The position numbers and the translations under genes were made by a program. From Candidatus Eiseniibacteriota bacterium (GTDB lineage Bacteria > Eisenbacteria > RBG-16-71-46 > CAVPCR01), in contig CAVPCR010000002.1 in NCBI GenBank assembly GCA_963702435.1, forward strand, positions 416,001-480,000: a stretch of DNA of 64,000 nucleotides, written 5' to 3'. This document shows, piece by piece, positions 18,849-28,655 of the stretch. The notes beneath the pieces are model-generated. The model made no database searches. It saw only the letters and a list, made by a program, of their open reading frames with translations, and was not told where the DNA came from. Numbering within the stretch: position 1 is the first letter of the stretch; every line of letters starts with the position of its first letter.

Positions 18849-20156
18849 TCAGGGCTCGAAGCGGAGCTCGATCACCGGCGATCCGGAGTGGATGCGCCCG
18901 CTGTTGTTCATGATGGCGATGGCCAGGTAGTACGGCTCCTGGCCCGCGACGTTGAAATCGATGTCGTCCCCGTTCCCGACCACGAGCAGGCGGCTCATTT
19001 CGACCGTCCAGGTGCCCTTGACCTGGATGTTGCCGGGGCTCACGATCGCCTCCCAGCGGCCGCGCGCCTCGACGTCGTGCCGGCTCTCGCGGGCGGCGGA
19101 GTTCGCCGGGCGGGTGAGGAGGAAGGCCGAGACATCGTCCCCGACCGTCCACTCGACGACGTCCTCCTGGTTGAACTCGCGGCACGGGTTGTTGCGCGTC
19201 GTGCAATCGACAGGCTCGCCGCCCGAGGTCGTCCCCGATCCGTCGAACACGTACTCGCACGGGCGCATGTTGTCGTTCAGGCGCGTGGTCGGCTGTTGCT
19301 CCGTGTCGAGCCCGATCGCCACCTTGAGCGGCACCGGCCCGCTGCCGCCGCCGACGCAGGGAACCAGCCGGTAGTTGTCGCGGAAGAAGCTCGTCCCGAG
19401 ATCGTCCACCCGGCCCGCGCCGTCGGCGTAGCCGTCGTCGGCGAAGCCGACGCGCGTGCTGCCGAAGAGCGGGTAGTTGACGGGATTGGTGCGGGCGGCG
19501 CGCCAGTGCCAGACATCCACCGCGCCGGAGAGCGGGTTCATGTTCCCGTGGCAGGCCACCTGGCATCCGCGCTCGCGGAAGGTGCCGGCCCCGTCCGCCG
19601 CATCCCCGAGGTCCCACATGACGGACACGCGGTCCTCATCCGCATCCACCAGGTTCCACGACGAGCAGTCCACAAGCAGCGTGTCACAGCCGGTCGGGAT
19701 CAGGTTCCGCTCGGGATCCCAGAGCAGCCGCGGGCCGAGTTGATTGGGCGCCGCATCGGGCCACTGGACGAGTATGAAGAGCCGCTCCCCGTCGTGCGCC
19801 GCCTTGATCGCCGCGAGGAAGCTGCCGCCCTGGTTGCCGTTCTCGGGGCCGACCGCAACGTAGGAATAGGGAACGTCGATCCACTCCGGATCGGTCGCCA
19901 CCCCGTCGACGAGATAGCGGCGCTGCGTGCTGTCCGCACCGGGCACCGCCACCAGACGGGAAGCGCGCCTGGCGGTCACGAAGCTCGGGTTCTCGGGGAG
20001 ATCATCGAGGCTGCAGCCGGCGATGAGGCCGAGCCCGGCGCTGAAGGCCAGGAAGGATGCGGCCATGGAGAGCGGCAGGTAGCCACGAGACCGCGGCTTC
20101 GACGGGCGCTCGCCGCTTCGAGTCGCGGCCGCGCCTGCCACGCATGGGATTGACAC
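18849..20156 (-). CDS. Ethylbenzene-dehydrogenase-related (EB_dh/DOMON-like) heme-binding lipoprotein
   Basis: Lipobox LIAGC; VDG...EW, KAAHDGERLFILVQWPD, EDRVSVMW, GCQVACHG, DVWHWRAART, GTWTVEMSR; GGAGG RBS. Confidence 0.75.
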   Translation of the reverse strand: MSIPCVAGAAATRSGERPSKPRSRGYLPLSMAASFLAFSAGLGLIAGCSLDDLPENPSFVTARRASRLVAVPGADSTQRRYLVDGVATDPEWIDVPYSYVAVGPENGNQGGSFLAAIKAAHDGERLFILVQWPDAAPNQLGPRLLWDPERNLIPTGCDTLLVDCSSWNLVDADEDRVSVMWDLGDAADGAGTFRERGCQVACHGNMNPLSGAVDVWHWRAARTNPVNYPLFGSTRVGFADDGYADGAGRVDDLGTSFFRDNYRLVPCVGGGSGPVPLKVAIGLDTEQQPTTRLNDNMRPCEYVFDGSGTTSGGEPVDCTTRNNPCREFNQEDVVEWTVGDDVSAFLLTRPANSAARESRHDVEARGRWEAIVSPGNIQVKGTWTVEMSRLLVVGNGDDIDFNVAGQEPYYLAIAIMNNSGRIHSGSPVIELRFEP

Positions 20157-20211
20157 CGGTCAGGCCTCCAACCAGGCGCAGGGCCGCCCGGAAAGACTCA
20201 CAAAGGATGCC

Positions 20212-20241
20212 AATCTAGGAACTTGCGGCCGCTCAAGTCAA
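20212..20241 (-). promoter_or_regulatory. Putative sigma70 promoter for the EB_dh-barrel operon
   Basis: TTGACT-N18-TAGATT on minus strand. Confidence 0.5.
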
Positions 20242-20477
20242 GACCGGTGGAAACCCGCGCGGTCACCCCCGAGGCCCGGACTCGTGCGCCCTCTGCGCCG
20301 ACCTTGGGGGAGTCGGCGACGGATCCTTGTTCTACGGTCACCCCTGCCCCACCCATCCTCGGACCCGCGCCCCTAGTGGCCACCCGAGGCCCTGCTCCAG
20401 GAGACGATCGTGGGGATAGACGACCGCGATGCGCCCGCAAGGAATACTCCCCCGGCGCTCCGGCCAGTCGGTCCGGA

Positions 20478-20506
20478 ATCATGGAGCCGCACCGGAATGG
20501 GGTCAA
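20478..20506 (-). promoter_or_regulatory. Second putative sigma70 promoter in the 20.16-20.6 kb intergenic region
   Basis: TTGACC-N17-CATGAT on minus strand. Confidence 0.4.
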
Positions 20507-20597
20507 GTAGGGAATGAACGGATGGCGGGCCCCGAATCCCGCCCGCGAGGCTCCGAATCCGCTCGGAGCTCCCGCCGGCCCGCGCCCGGCTCCGGCT

Positions 20598-21665
20598 TCA
20601 GGCGCGGGGCCGCGCCGGGCGGCCGCCTGGTCCGGAATCCGGGCCGGCCGCGCCCGGTCGCCCCAGCTCGCGCCGGAACCAGCCGCGCCGCCAGAAGGTG
20701 GCGAGGAGCACGAGGGCGAGGGTGCCCATGACTCCGATCATGGCCGGGAAACCCCAGCGGGAGGAAGCGCCCGGCAGGTGCTCGAAGTTCATCCCGTAGA
20801 GCCCGGCCAGGAAGCTGAGCGGCAGCATGACGGTCGCGATGATGGAGAGGACCTTGATCACATCGTTCGTGCGCTGCGCGACGCGCGAGATGTAGGTGTC
20901 GGCGGCGCCCGCGATCATGTCCCGGTAGAGCTCGATCGCGTCGTTGATCCGGAGGAGATGATCGACCACGTCGCGCAGGTAGTAGCGGGTGCGCTGGTCG
21001 ATGGCCGGGTGATCGTGATGGACGATCGCCGCGAGCGTCTCTCGCTGCGGCATGGCGAACCGGCGCAGGCGGAGGAGGAGCTTCTTGAGCGCAAAGATCT
21101 CGGCGAGCGTGTGCGGAGTCGCCGCGGAGAAGAGGTCCTCCTCGATGTGGTCGATCTTGTCGTCGAGCTCGTCGAGGAGCGGGAAGTAGAGATCGACGGC
21201 CGCATCGAGGATGGCGTAGAAGAGGTCGTCGGCCCCCCGGGCGAGGAGCGCCGGGTTGTCCTCGATGCGCGCGCGGATCTGGTCGAGGAGCTTGAGCGGC
21301 TCGGTGTGCACGGTGACGAGGTAGCGCAGCCCGAGGAAGCCGTCGAGCTCGACGAAGTCGATCTCGCTGCCCCGCATGAGGTCATCGCCCGCGGTCAATC
21401 CCGTCACTGCATGGAAGACGAAGAAGAGGTAGTCGTCGTACTCCTCGATCTTCGGCCGCTGCACGCCGTGCCGGCAGTCCTCGATCGCCAGTTGATGGAA
21501 GCGGAACTGCCGGAGGAGCCAGTCGAAATCGGCATCGGTCGGCTCGGAGAGATCGACCCACACGACACCCGCATCGGCGGCGAGGATGCGTGCGAGATCG
21601 TCGTCGGACAGCGCGGCGTGAAGATCGCGCCCGCCGCCGGGGCAGGCGAGGATGGTCCGGGCCAC
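20598..21665 (-). CDS. corA: Magnesium/cobalt transporter CorA
   Basis: WVDL, FHQLAIED, QRPKIEEY, GLYGMNF signature, two C-terminal TMs. Confidence 0.93.
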   Translation of the reverse strand: MARTILACPGGGRDLHAALSDDDLARILAADAGVVWVDLSEPTDADFDWLLRQFRFHQLAIEDCRHGVQRPKIEEYDDYLFFVFHAVTGLTAGDDLMRGSEIDFVELDGFLGLRYLVTVHTEPLKLLDQIRARIEDNPALLARGADDLFYAILDAAVDLYFPLLDELDDKIDHIEEDLFSAATPHTLAEIFALKKLLLRLRRFAMPQRETLAAIVHHDHPAIDQRTRYYLRDVVDHLLRINDAIELYRDMIAGAADTYISRVAQRTNDVIKVLSIIATVMLPLSFLAGLYGMNFEHLPGASSRWGFPAMIGVMGTLALVLLATFWRRGWFRRELGRPGAAGPDSGPGGRPARPRA

Positions 21666-21793
21666 CGGGCACCTCCTTGCAAGTGGATGGATTCCGCGGC
21701 ATTCTCGGCCCCGGCCGTCCCGGGAGTCAACTCCGGGAACCGCGCGGCCGTCGTGCGGGACCCGATCACCGTCCTTGTGCGAGGCACATCTCC

Positions 21794-22699
21794 ATGCAGG
21801 TCAATGCGAGTCTCTGGGACCGCGTGAGCAGCGCCGCGGGCGGCTGGCTCGGCTCCCAGAGCGCGATCCACTGGTTCAAGACGAGCGGGATTCGCATTCT
21901 CATCATCCTCCTCGGCGCGATCATCGTCCGGGCCGTGCTCCGGCGGATCGCCGCCGGCGCCAAGAGGAAGATGGCCGCCGATGGGACCATCACGGAGGAC
22001 GAGAAGCGCCTCGCGACCATCATCGGCATAACGCAGCGCTTGATCACGGTGGTCGTGTCCGCCCTCGCCCTGGCCATGATCCTCGACGAGGTCGGGGTCC
22101 CCATCGGCCCCCTCCTCGCCTCGGCTGGTGTCCTCGGCCTCGCCGTCGGATTCGGCGCCCAGAACCTGGTCCGCGACGTCGTGTCCGGCTTCTTCATCCT
22201 GGTCGAGAACCAGTACCGGGAAGGGGACGTGATCGAGGCGGCCGGGGTCTCCGGGCGGGTCGAGCACTTCGGGATTCGCGCCACCGTGCTCCGGGACGTC
22301 ACGGGACGCGTCCACTACATCCCGAACGGGGAAATCAAGGTGATGTCGAACCTGACCCAGGGGCGCTCGTCGGCGGTCGTCGACGTCGGCGTGGCCTACG
22401 ATGAAGATGTGGATCGGGCCGTGGCCGTCTTGAAGGACGTGTGCGCCGGGATGCGCGCCGATCCGGAGTACGGGGCGCGCATCTCCTCGGCCGAAGTGCC
22501 CGGGATCGAGCGGCTCGATGACTCGGCCGTGGTGCTACGGGTCGTGCTCGAGACCGTCCCGCTCGAGCAGTGGGCGATCGCCCGCGAGTTCCGCCGCCGC
22601 ATGCTCGCTGCGTTCAAGAACCAGGGTATCGAGATCCCCTTCCCGAGCCGCACGCTCTACATGAGCGCCGGGTCGGAGCGGACGCCACCGCTCGCATGA
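21794..22699 (+). CDS. mscS: Small-conductance mechanosensitive channel (MscS family)
   Basis: LLASAGVLGLAVGFGAQNLVRDVVSGFFIL, IPNG, GIEIPFP. Confidence 0.9.
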   Translation: MQVNASLWDRVSSAAGGWLGSQSAIHWFKTSGIRILIILLGAIIVRAVLRRIAAGAKRKMAADGTITEDEKRLATIIGITQRLITVVVSALALAMILDEVGVPIGPLLASAGVLGLAVGFGAQNLVRDVVSGFFILVENQYREGDVIEAAGVSGRVEHFGIRATVLRDVTGRVHYIPNGEIKVMSNLTQGRSSAVVDVGVAYDEDVDRAVAVLKDVCAGMRADPEYGARISSAEVPGIERLDDSAVVLRVVLETVPLEQWAIAREFRRRMLAAFKNQGIEIPFPSRTLYMSAGSERTPPLA

Positions 22700-24630
22700 C
22701 CCGATCGCGGCCGGCAGCGGCGACGGGGAGCCCCGCCGCGCCACCGGCGCGCGCCGCGAGCCGCGTCGCGCTCCGCCTCGCCTTCGTCCTCGTCCTCGCC
22801 CTCGCCGCGGCCCTCGCCTGGCGCGAGGAGACCTCCCTCGATTACGGCTTCCATGCCGCGACCGGCCGCTACATCCTCGAGCACCGCGCGTGGCCGCGCA
22901 CCGATCCGTTCACCTACACGGTCGCCGACCATCCCTACATCGACATGCACGGTCTCACCCAGATCGCGCTCGCCCTCGCCGAGCGAGCGGGCGGGCTCGG
23001 CGCGGTAGGTCTGTTCAGGGTCGCGATGGTCCTCGCGACGACGGGAATCCTGATTTCGCACGCGCTCCGGCGCGGCGCGCGCACGCCGGCGCTCCTCGCC
23101 CTCTTCTTCACGCTCGGGCTCCTGGCCTGGGAGCAGCGCTTCTTCGCGCGGCCCGAGCTCGCGACCTTTCTCGTCCTCGCGGTCGAGCTGTGGCTCCTCC
23201 GGCGGCATGCCGAAGATGGACGCGCCCGCTGGCTCTACGCGCTGCCGGTGCTCCAGCTCGTCTGGGTGTACGCGCACGCGCTCTCGCTCTTCGGGGTGGC
23301 GGTCGCCGGGCTCTATGCGCTCTGCGGGCTCGCCACCCGGCGGCGTCGCGATCGCACGCCGTGGGTGGCGGTCGCGCTCATGGGGGTGGCGATGCTGCTC
23401 AACCCCTATGGCCCGCGCGGCGTCGCCTTCCTCTGGAACCTGCGCACCCGCCTCGAGGCGACCAACGTCTTCGCCGGCTCGATCAGCGAGCTCGGCTCGC
23501 CGTTCGCGCCGGGGACGCCGGACCTCTTCCCCTTCCTCGCCTTCAAGGCGCTCTTCGGACTCGGGCTGGTGTGCGTGCTCGCGGCACTCCCCCGCCGGCG
23601 AGTCTCGCCCTTCGATCTCGCGCTCGTGGCCGTGTTCCTCTGGCTCGCGGCGACCGCGGTCCGGAACATCGGGCTCTTCGTGGTGGCGGCGCTACCGGTC
23701 TTCGTCGATGCCGCAGAGGGAGTCGTCGAGCGGGTCGGGCGCCCGGCGCGCGGGCGCCGGCGCGCGCGCGGGCGAGCGCCCCTCCTCCGCGCCGCGGCAA
23801 CGGCACTCGCGCTCGCGCTCCCGGCGGTGGCGCTCGCCGGTGTCATCGCCGGGGGCTACTACGTGCGCGATCGCCGCCCCGGCCAGTTCGGGAGCGCCTT
23901 CTCCGCCGGCACGTATCCGCTCCGGACGGTGGACTTCATCGTCGAGCACGGCCTCCACGGCCCCATCTACAACCATCTCAACTTCGGCGGCTACCTGATC
24001 GGGCGGCTGTGGCCCGCCGAGAAGGTCTACATCGACGGGCGGCTCGAGGTGATCGGCGAGGAGTTCTTCGCCGAGTACAAGGCGGTGAACGAGGGTCGAG
24101 GATGGGCGGCCACGATGCGCCGATACGACCCGAACCTCGTCCTCCTCCCGCACACCTCGCTCGATATGATGAAGCGGCTGGCAGCCGATCCCGGGTGGGG
24201 GCTCGTCGAGGTGGACGGCGTCGCCGCGCTCTTCCTCCGCGCGCGGCCCGAGAACGCGGCGCTCATCGCCGCGGCCCGCGCCCGCTTCGCCGCGGAGAAC
24301 CGCCCCGCGGAGGCCGGCGAGGCCACGCTCGCGCCGCGCCCGCGCCCACCGGCCGTCGTCCGCTGGTTCACCCCGCGGCGCTTCCCGTGGGACGCCTGGG
24401 GGCGCGGGAACGGGCTCCTCGGGCTCGGCCTGACCGAGGCCGCCCGCCGCGAATATCGGCGGGCGCTCACAGAAAGCCGCGTCGACGAGGTGCCGCTCGT
24501 CACCAACTACGCCGCGGCCTCATTCCGGCTGGGGCGGCGCGAGGAGGCGCGCAACTGGTATCGCCACCTCCTCGCGCTCGATCCGGGAAGCAAGCTCGCC
24601 CGCGACCGCCTCGCCACGCTCGGCGGCTGA
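22696..24630 (+). CDS. Polytopic membrane protein with C-terminal TPR (possible GT-C-fold transferase)
   Basis: Many TM segments; DYGFHAATGRYI..DPFTYT, RPE, LNPYG, FGGYL..KVYIDGR; TPR-like C-terminus; ATGA overlap with mscS. Confidence 0.65.
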   Translation: MTRSRPAAATGSPAAPPARAASRVALRLAFVLVLALAAALAWREETSLDYGFHAATGRYILEHRAWPRTDPFTYTVADHPYIDMHGLTQIALALAERAGGLGAVGLFRVAMVLATTGILISHALRRGARTPALLALFFTLGLLAWEQRFFARPELATFLVLAVELWLLRRHAEDGRARWLYALPVLQLVWVYAHALSLFGVAVAGLYALCGLATRRRRDRTPWVAVALMGVAMLLNPYGPRGVAFLWNLRTRLEATNVFAGSISELGSPFAPGTPDLFPFLAFKALFGLGLVCVLAALPRRRVSPFDLALVAVFLWLAATAVRNIGLFVVAALPVFVDAAEGVVERVGRPARGRRRARGRAPLLRAAATALALALPAVALAGVIAGGYYVRDRRPGQFGSAFSAGTYPLRTVDFIVEHGLHGPIYNHLNFGGYLIGRLWPAEKVYIDGRLEVIGEEFFAEYKAVNEGRGWAATMRRYDPNLVLLPHTSLDMMKRLAADPGWGLVEVDGVAALFLRARPENAALIAAARARFAAENRPAEAGEATLAPRPRPPAVVRWFTPRRFPWDAWGRGNGLLGLGLTEAARREYRRALTESRVDEVPLVTNYAAASFRLGRREEARNWYRHLLALDPGSKLARDRLATLGG

Positions 24631-24664
24631 GCAGCGCCGGCAGGACGCCTGACGACGCCAGCGG

Positions 24665-26878
24665 TCAGCGCTCGCCGGACGCGAAGAGCTCGCCCATGAG
24701 CGCGAGCACCGCCAGGCGCTTCCCGTCGCCGCGCGCGCGGCAGGCCGCGATCTCGCCGTCCGCGTACGCCGCGAACGCCTCCCCGACGAGGAGCCGCGGG
24801 TCCTTCCCGTAGCGGGCGAGCCGCTCGTCGATCCAGCGCCCGATCTCGCCCCGGTCGCCCCCGCCCGAGGCCAGCGCCGCCGCCACCCGCTCCTCGAACT
24901 CCCGCACGAAGCGCTCGGCGAAATCCACCTTCTCATCGAGGGCGACGAGGCCCGAGATCTTGAGCGCCCAGGCCGGGAGCGTGACCCCGATGAGGCCGAG
25001 GCAGTGCGCGACGAACGCCTCCTCGAGAGCGCGCGCTCGCGCGGCGACCGCCGAGCGCACCGCCGCGAGATCCTCGCCCCGCGCGAGCGGCCCGCTCGAC
25101 GCCTCGATGTAGGTCTTGTTCTTGGGCTCGGTCCCCGAGGGCCGGATGATGACGCGCGAGTCATCCGCGAGCTCGAACACCAGCACGTTCCGCGCTGCGC
25201 GATCGGTCTCGGCGAGGATCGGCCCGAAGCGGGAGCCCGGCCCCTCGTCCCAGTGATCGGCGAAGCGGCGCACGCGGACTCCGCCGATCGCCGCCGGCGG
25301 CTCGCGCCGTAGTCCATCCTGGATCCGCTCGATCGCCGCCTGGCCCGCCGCCCCGCGCATGACCATCGAGGTCAGCCGGTTCACGACCACGCCGTGCGCG
25401 CGATGGAGATCATCGAGCACATCGGGCACCGTCCGCCCTTCCGCGCGCACCCGCGCCGCCAGCTCGGCGAGGACGAGGGCCGGCCCCGCCGCGTCCTTGT
25501 CGCGGATCTCGCTCGAGAGGAGGGCGCCGTGCGACTCCTCGACCGCCACCACGAAATCGCCGATCGTGCCCGTGAAATCGCGATAGCGACCGGTGCGCTC
25601 GATCGTGTCGAGGACCGCCGCCATCCACTTGAAACCGACGAGGAGATCGCCGACGAGCGCCGCGCCGTGGGCGCGCGCCACCCGCCGGACGAGGTCCGAG
25701 GTGACCTCGGTCGTGATCACGAGCGGCTGCTCGGGGAGCGTGCCGAGCGCACGCCGCCCGCGGAGCACCTCGTTCACGACGAGCGTCGCGATCTCGTTCC
25801 CGTTCAGGAAGCGGTAGTCGCCGCGCGCATCGCGCACCGCGGCGCCGATGCGGTCGGCATCGGGATCGGTCGCGAGTACGATGTCGGCGTTGCGCTCCCT
25901 GGCCACGGCGATCGCCCGCGCCATCGATTCCGGCACCTCGGGATTGGCGATGCCGAAGGGCACGGTCGGGAACCGCCCGTCCGGCCTGTCCTGGCCTTCC
26001 GGGCACCAGGACGCAAAGCCGGCGGCGGTGAGCACATCGCCCACGGTCGTCCCCCCCGTGCCGTGGAGCGGCGTGTAGACGACCCGCGCCCCACCCCGCT
26101 CGCGCCGCGTGCGGAGGGTCAGGTTGTGCTCGACGTACGCCGCGTGCACGGCGGGGGGAATCGGCGCGACGAGGCGCGGATCGCCCTCCGCCGCGACCCG
26201 CGTCACCGCCGCGACGCGATCCACCATGGCCTGGTCCTCGGGCGGGATCTCCTGCCCGCCGCGGCGGTCGTAGACCTTGGCCCCGTTGTCGTCGGGCGGA
26301 TTGTGCGAGGCCGAGACGACGAGCCCGCCGTGCGCGCCGAGATGGCGGATCGCGAAGGAGAGCTCGGGTGTGGCCATGACGCGGTCGGAGAGGAAGACGC
26401 GCACGCCGCCCGTCGTGTAGACGCGGGCCGCGAGCTCGGCGAAGGAGCGCGAGGTCACGCCCGCGAGCGGACCGAGATGCTCCCGCGGATAGAGCCCGCG
26501 CACATCGTGGAACTCGCGCGTGTCGTAGCCGATCACGACCGTGAGCCCCGCCCGGCCGAAGCGCTCGCCGAGGAACTCGAGATGCCCGGCGACCGACGTC
26601 GCGAGCGTCCACGGGTTGAACCGGTTCGGCCCCGGTCCGACCGGCCCGCGCCGTCCGCCGGTGCCGAAGGGGAGCACCTGGTAGAAGGCATCGAGGAGAA
26701 GCGCGAAGGACTCGTACGCGATGAGATGCGCGAGGAGCGGCCGGTACGCCGCGAACTCCTCGTCCTCGAGCCAGCGCGCGAGGTTCGCGGCGGCCGCCGC
26801 GCGCACCGCCGGGTCGACGTCGAGCGCCGCGAAGCCCGCGCTCACTCCCGCCGCCCAGGCGGGTTTCGCCCCCATCAC
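24665..26878 (-). CDS. Phosphohexomutase (PGM/PMM) with C-terminal extension
   Basis: FGTGGRRG, SASHNP, DPDADR, EESHG, RPSGTEPK. Confidence 0.9.
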   Translation of the reverse strand: MMGAKPAWAAGVSAGFAALDVDPAVRAAAAANLARWLEDEEFAAYRPLLAHLIAYESFALLLDAFYQVLPFGTGGRRGPVGPGPNRFNPWTLATSVAGHLEFLGERFGRAGLTVVIGYDTREFHDVRGLYPREHLGPLAGVTSRSFAELAARVYTTGGVRVFLSDRVMATPELSFAIRHLGAHGGLVVSASHNPPDDNGAKVYDRRGGQEIPPEDQAMVDRVAAVTRVAAEGDPRLVAPIPPAVHAAYVEHNLTLRTRRERGGARVVYTPLHGTGGTTVGDVLTAAGFASWCPEGQDRPDGRFPTVPFGIANPEVPESMARAIAVARERNADIVLATDPDADRIGAAVRDARGDYRFLNGNEIATLVVNEVLRGRRALGTLPEQPLVITTEVTSDLVRRVARAHGAALVGDLLVGFKWMAAVLDTIERTGRYRDFTGTIGDFVVAVEESHGALLSSEIRDKDAAGPALVLAELAARVRAEGRTVPDVLDDLHRAHGVVVNRLTSMVMRGAAGQAAIERIQDGLRREPPAAIGGVRVRRFADHWDEGPGSRFGPILAETDRAARNVLVFELADDSRVIIRPSGTEPKNKTYIEASSGPLARGEDLAAVRSAVAARARALEEAFVAHCLGLIGVTLPAWALKISGLVALDEKVDFAERFVREFEERVAAALASGGGDRGEIGRWIDERLARYGKDPRLLVGEAFAAYADGEIAACRARGDGKRLAVLALMGELFASGER

Positions 26879-26891
26879 GTGCCCTCCCGCC

Positions 26892-27993
26892 CTAGTTGAG
26901 CCGCCGCCGGAGCCAGGCCTCGATGAAGAGGTCGATCTCCCCGTCCATCACCGCGATCACGTTGCCGGTCTCGGTATCCGTTCTCAGATCCTTGACCAGC
27001 GTGTACGGCTGGAAGACATACGAGCGGATCTGGCTCCCGAAGGCGATGTCCATCTTCGCTGCCTCGATCGCATCCGACTTCTTCTTCTCCTCCTCGAGCC
27101 GGAGCTGGTAGAGGCGCGACTTGAGGATCTCCATGGCCTTGTCGCGGTTGCGGTGCTGGGAGCGCTCGTTCTGGCAGGCGGCGGCGATCCCGGTCGGGAG
27201 GTGCGTGATGCGGACCGCCGAGCTCGTCTTGTTCACGTGCTGGCCGCCGGCGCCCGAGGAGCGATAGGTGTCGACCCTGAGATCCGCCTCCTTGATCTCG
27301 ATCTCGATCGAGTCGTCCACGCGCGGGCTCACGAACACCGAGGCGAAGGAGGTGTGCCGGCGGCGGCTCGCGTCGAAGGGCGAGATGCGGACCAGCCGGT
27401 GGACACCGCTCTCCCCCTTCAGGTAGCCGTAGACGAAGTCGCCGGCCACCTCGACCACCGCGCTCTTGATTCCCGCCTCCTCGCCCTCGCTCGTGTCGAG
27501 GATCTCGTAGCTCATGCCCTGCCGCTCGACCCAGCGCACGTACATGCGGAGCAGCATCGCCGCCCAGTCCATCGACTCGGTGCCGCCGGCGCCGGCATTG
27601 ATGGTGACGATGGCCCCGAGGTGATCCTCGGCCCCGCCGAGAAGGCTCTTCCGCTCGAGGGACTCGACCTCGGCGACGAGCGCCGCCGTCATCGCCGCCG
27701 CCTCGGTGCGGCTGGCTTCGTCGTTCTCCTGGGCGGCGAGCTCGAAGAGGACCTGGGCGTCCTCGAGCCGGCGCGCGGCGGCGGCCCACGGCTCGACGAG
27801 GGCGCGCGCCGTCTTGAGCTTGCCGATCGTCTCGCGCGCGCGTTCCGGGCTGTCCCAGAACCTGGGATCGGCCATCGTCTCTTCGCAGCGCGCGATGTCG
27901 GCCCGCTTCTTCTCTACCTCAAAGAAACTCCTTGAGCTGGCCGAGCTTCTTCGCGAGCTCGGCGAGCGTCGTCTCGACGTCCTGTGTGTCCAT
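26892..27993 (-). CDS. prfB: Peptide chain release factor 2 (programmed +1 frameshift after codon 24)
   Basis: SPF and GGQ motifs; MDTQDVETTLAELAKKLGQLKEFL ends at CTT TGA (27924-27919) preceded by internal SD AAGGAG; the +1 frame continues EVEKKRAD... Confidence 0.95.
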
Positions 27994-28010
27994 CGCGCGT
28001 CTCTCCTCGG

Positions 28011-28655
28011 TCACCGCGCCCGGGCGGCGGTCCGGATATCCTCTGCGAGTTCGTCGGCCCGCGCCGCGAGCCCGTCGAGACTACCATCGTTCACGATGAC
28101 GCGGTCGGCCTGGGCCGCCTTCTCCTCGTCCGTCCACTGGAGCGCGAGCCGGCGCCGAGCCTCGGCCTGATCCATGCCGCGCGCGGCGGCGCGGCGCACC
28201 CGCTCCTCGGGCGCGGCGACGACCACCACGAGGAGATCATAGAACGCGCGGTGCCCGCTCTCGAGGATCATGGTCGCCTCGATGACGACGGCCTCCGCGC
28301 CCGCGCGGCCGCGCGCCTCGACCTCGCGGGCGAGCGCGGCGCGGATCGGCGGGTGGAGGATCGCCTGGAGCCTCGCCTGTCCCTCCGGATCGACGAGCGC
28401 GCGCCCCGCGAGCACCGTCCGATCGAGCCGCCCCTCCGCATCGACGAGGCCGGGCCCGAAGGCGCGCTCGATCTCCGCGAGCGCCGGGCTCCCCGGGGCG
28501 GTCACCTCCCGCGCCAGCTGATCGGCGTCGATGACCTCGATCCCGCGCGCGGCGAGGAGCCGGCCGAGGGTCGATTTCCCGGCGCCGAGCCCGCCGGTCA
28601 GCCCGACCACGAACGGCCGCCGCGCCGCGTTCCCGGCTCCTGCGGCAACGCTCAC
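28011..28655 (-). CDS. coaE: Dephospho-CoA kinase
   Basis: VGLTGGLGAGKST, IDAD, LDR, ILHP, ADRVIVNDG. Confidence 0.92.
   Translation of the reverse strand: MSVAAGAGNAARRPFVVGLTGGLGAGKSTLGRLLAARGIEVIDADQLAREVTAPGSPALAEIERAFGPGLVDAEGRLDRTVLAGRALVDPEGQARLQAILHPPIRAALAREVEARGRAGAEAVVIEATMILESGHRAFYDLLVVVVAAPEERVRRAAARGMDQAEARRRLALQWTDEEKAAQADRVIVNDGSLDGLAARADELAEDIRTAARAR

Noticed and set aside
6660..20156. Envelope cluster as a mobile island
   Set aside because: No integrase, transposase or flanking repeats; slightly lower GC is explained by amino-acid composition of barrels and secreted proteins
20195..20214. TTGGCATCCTTTGTGA sigma54-like site before the EB_dh gene
   Set aside because: -12 position is GA, not GC
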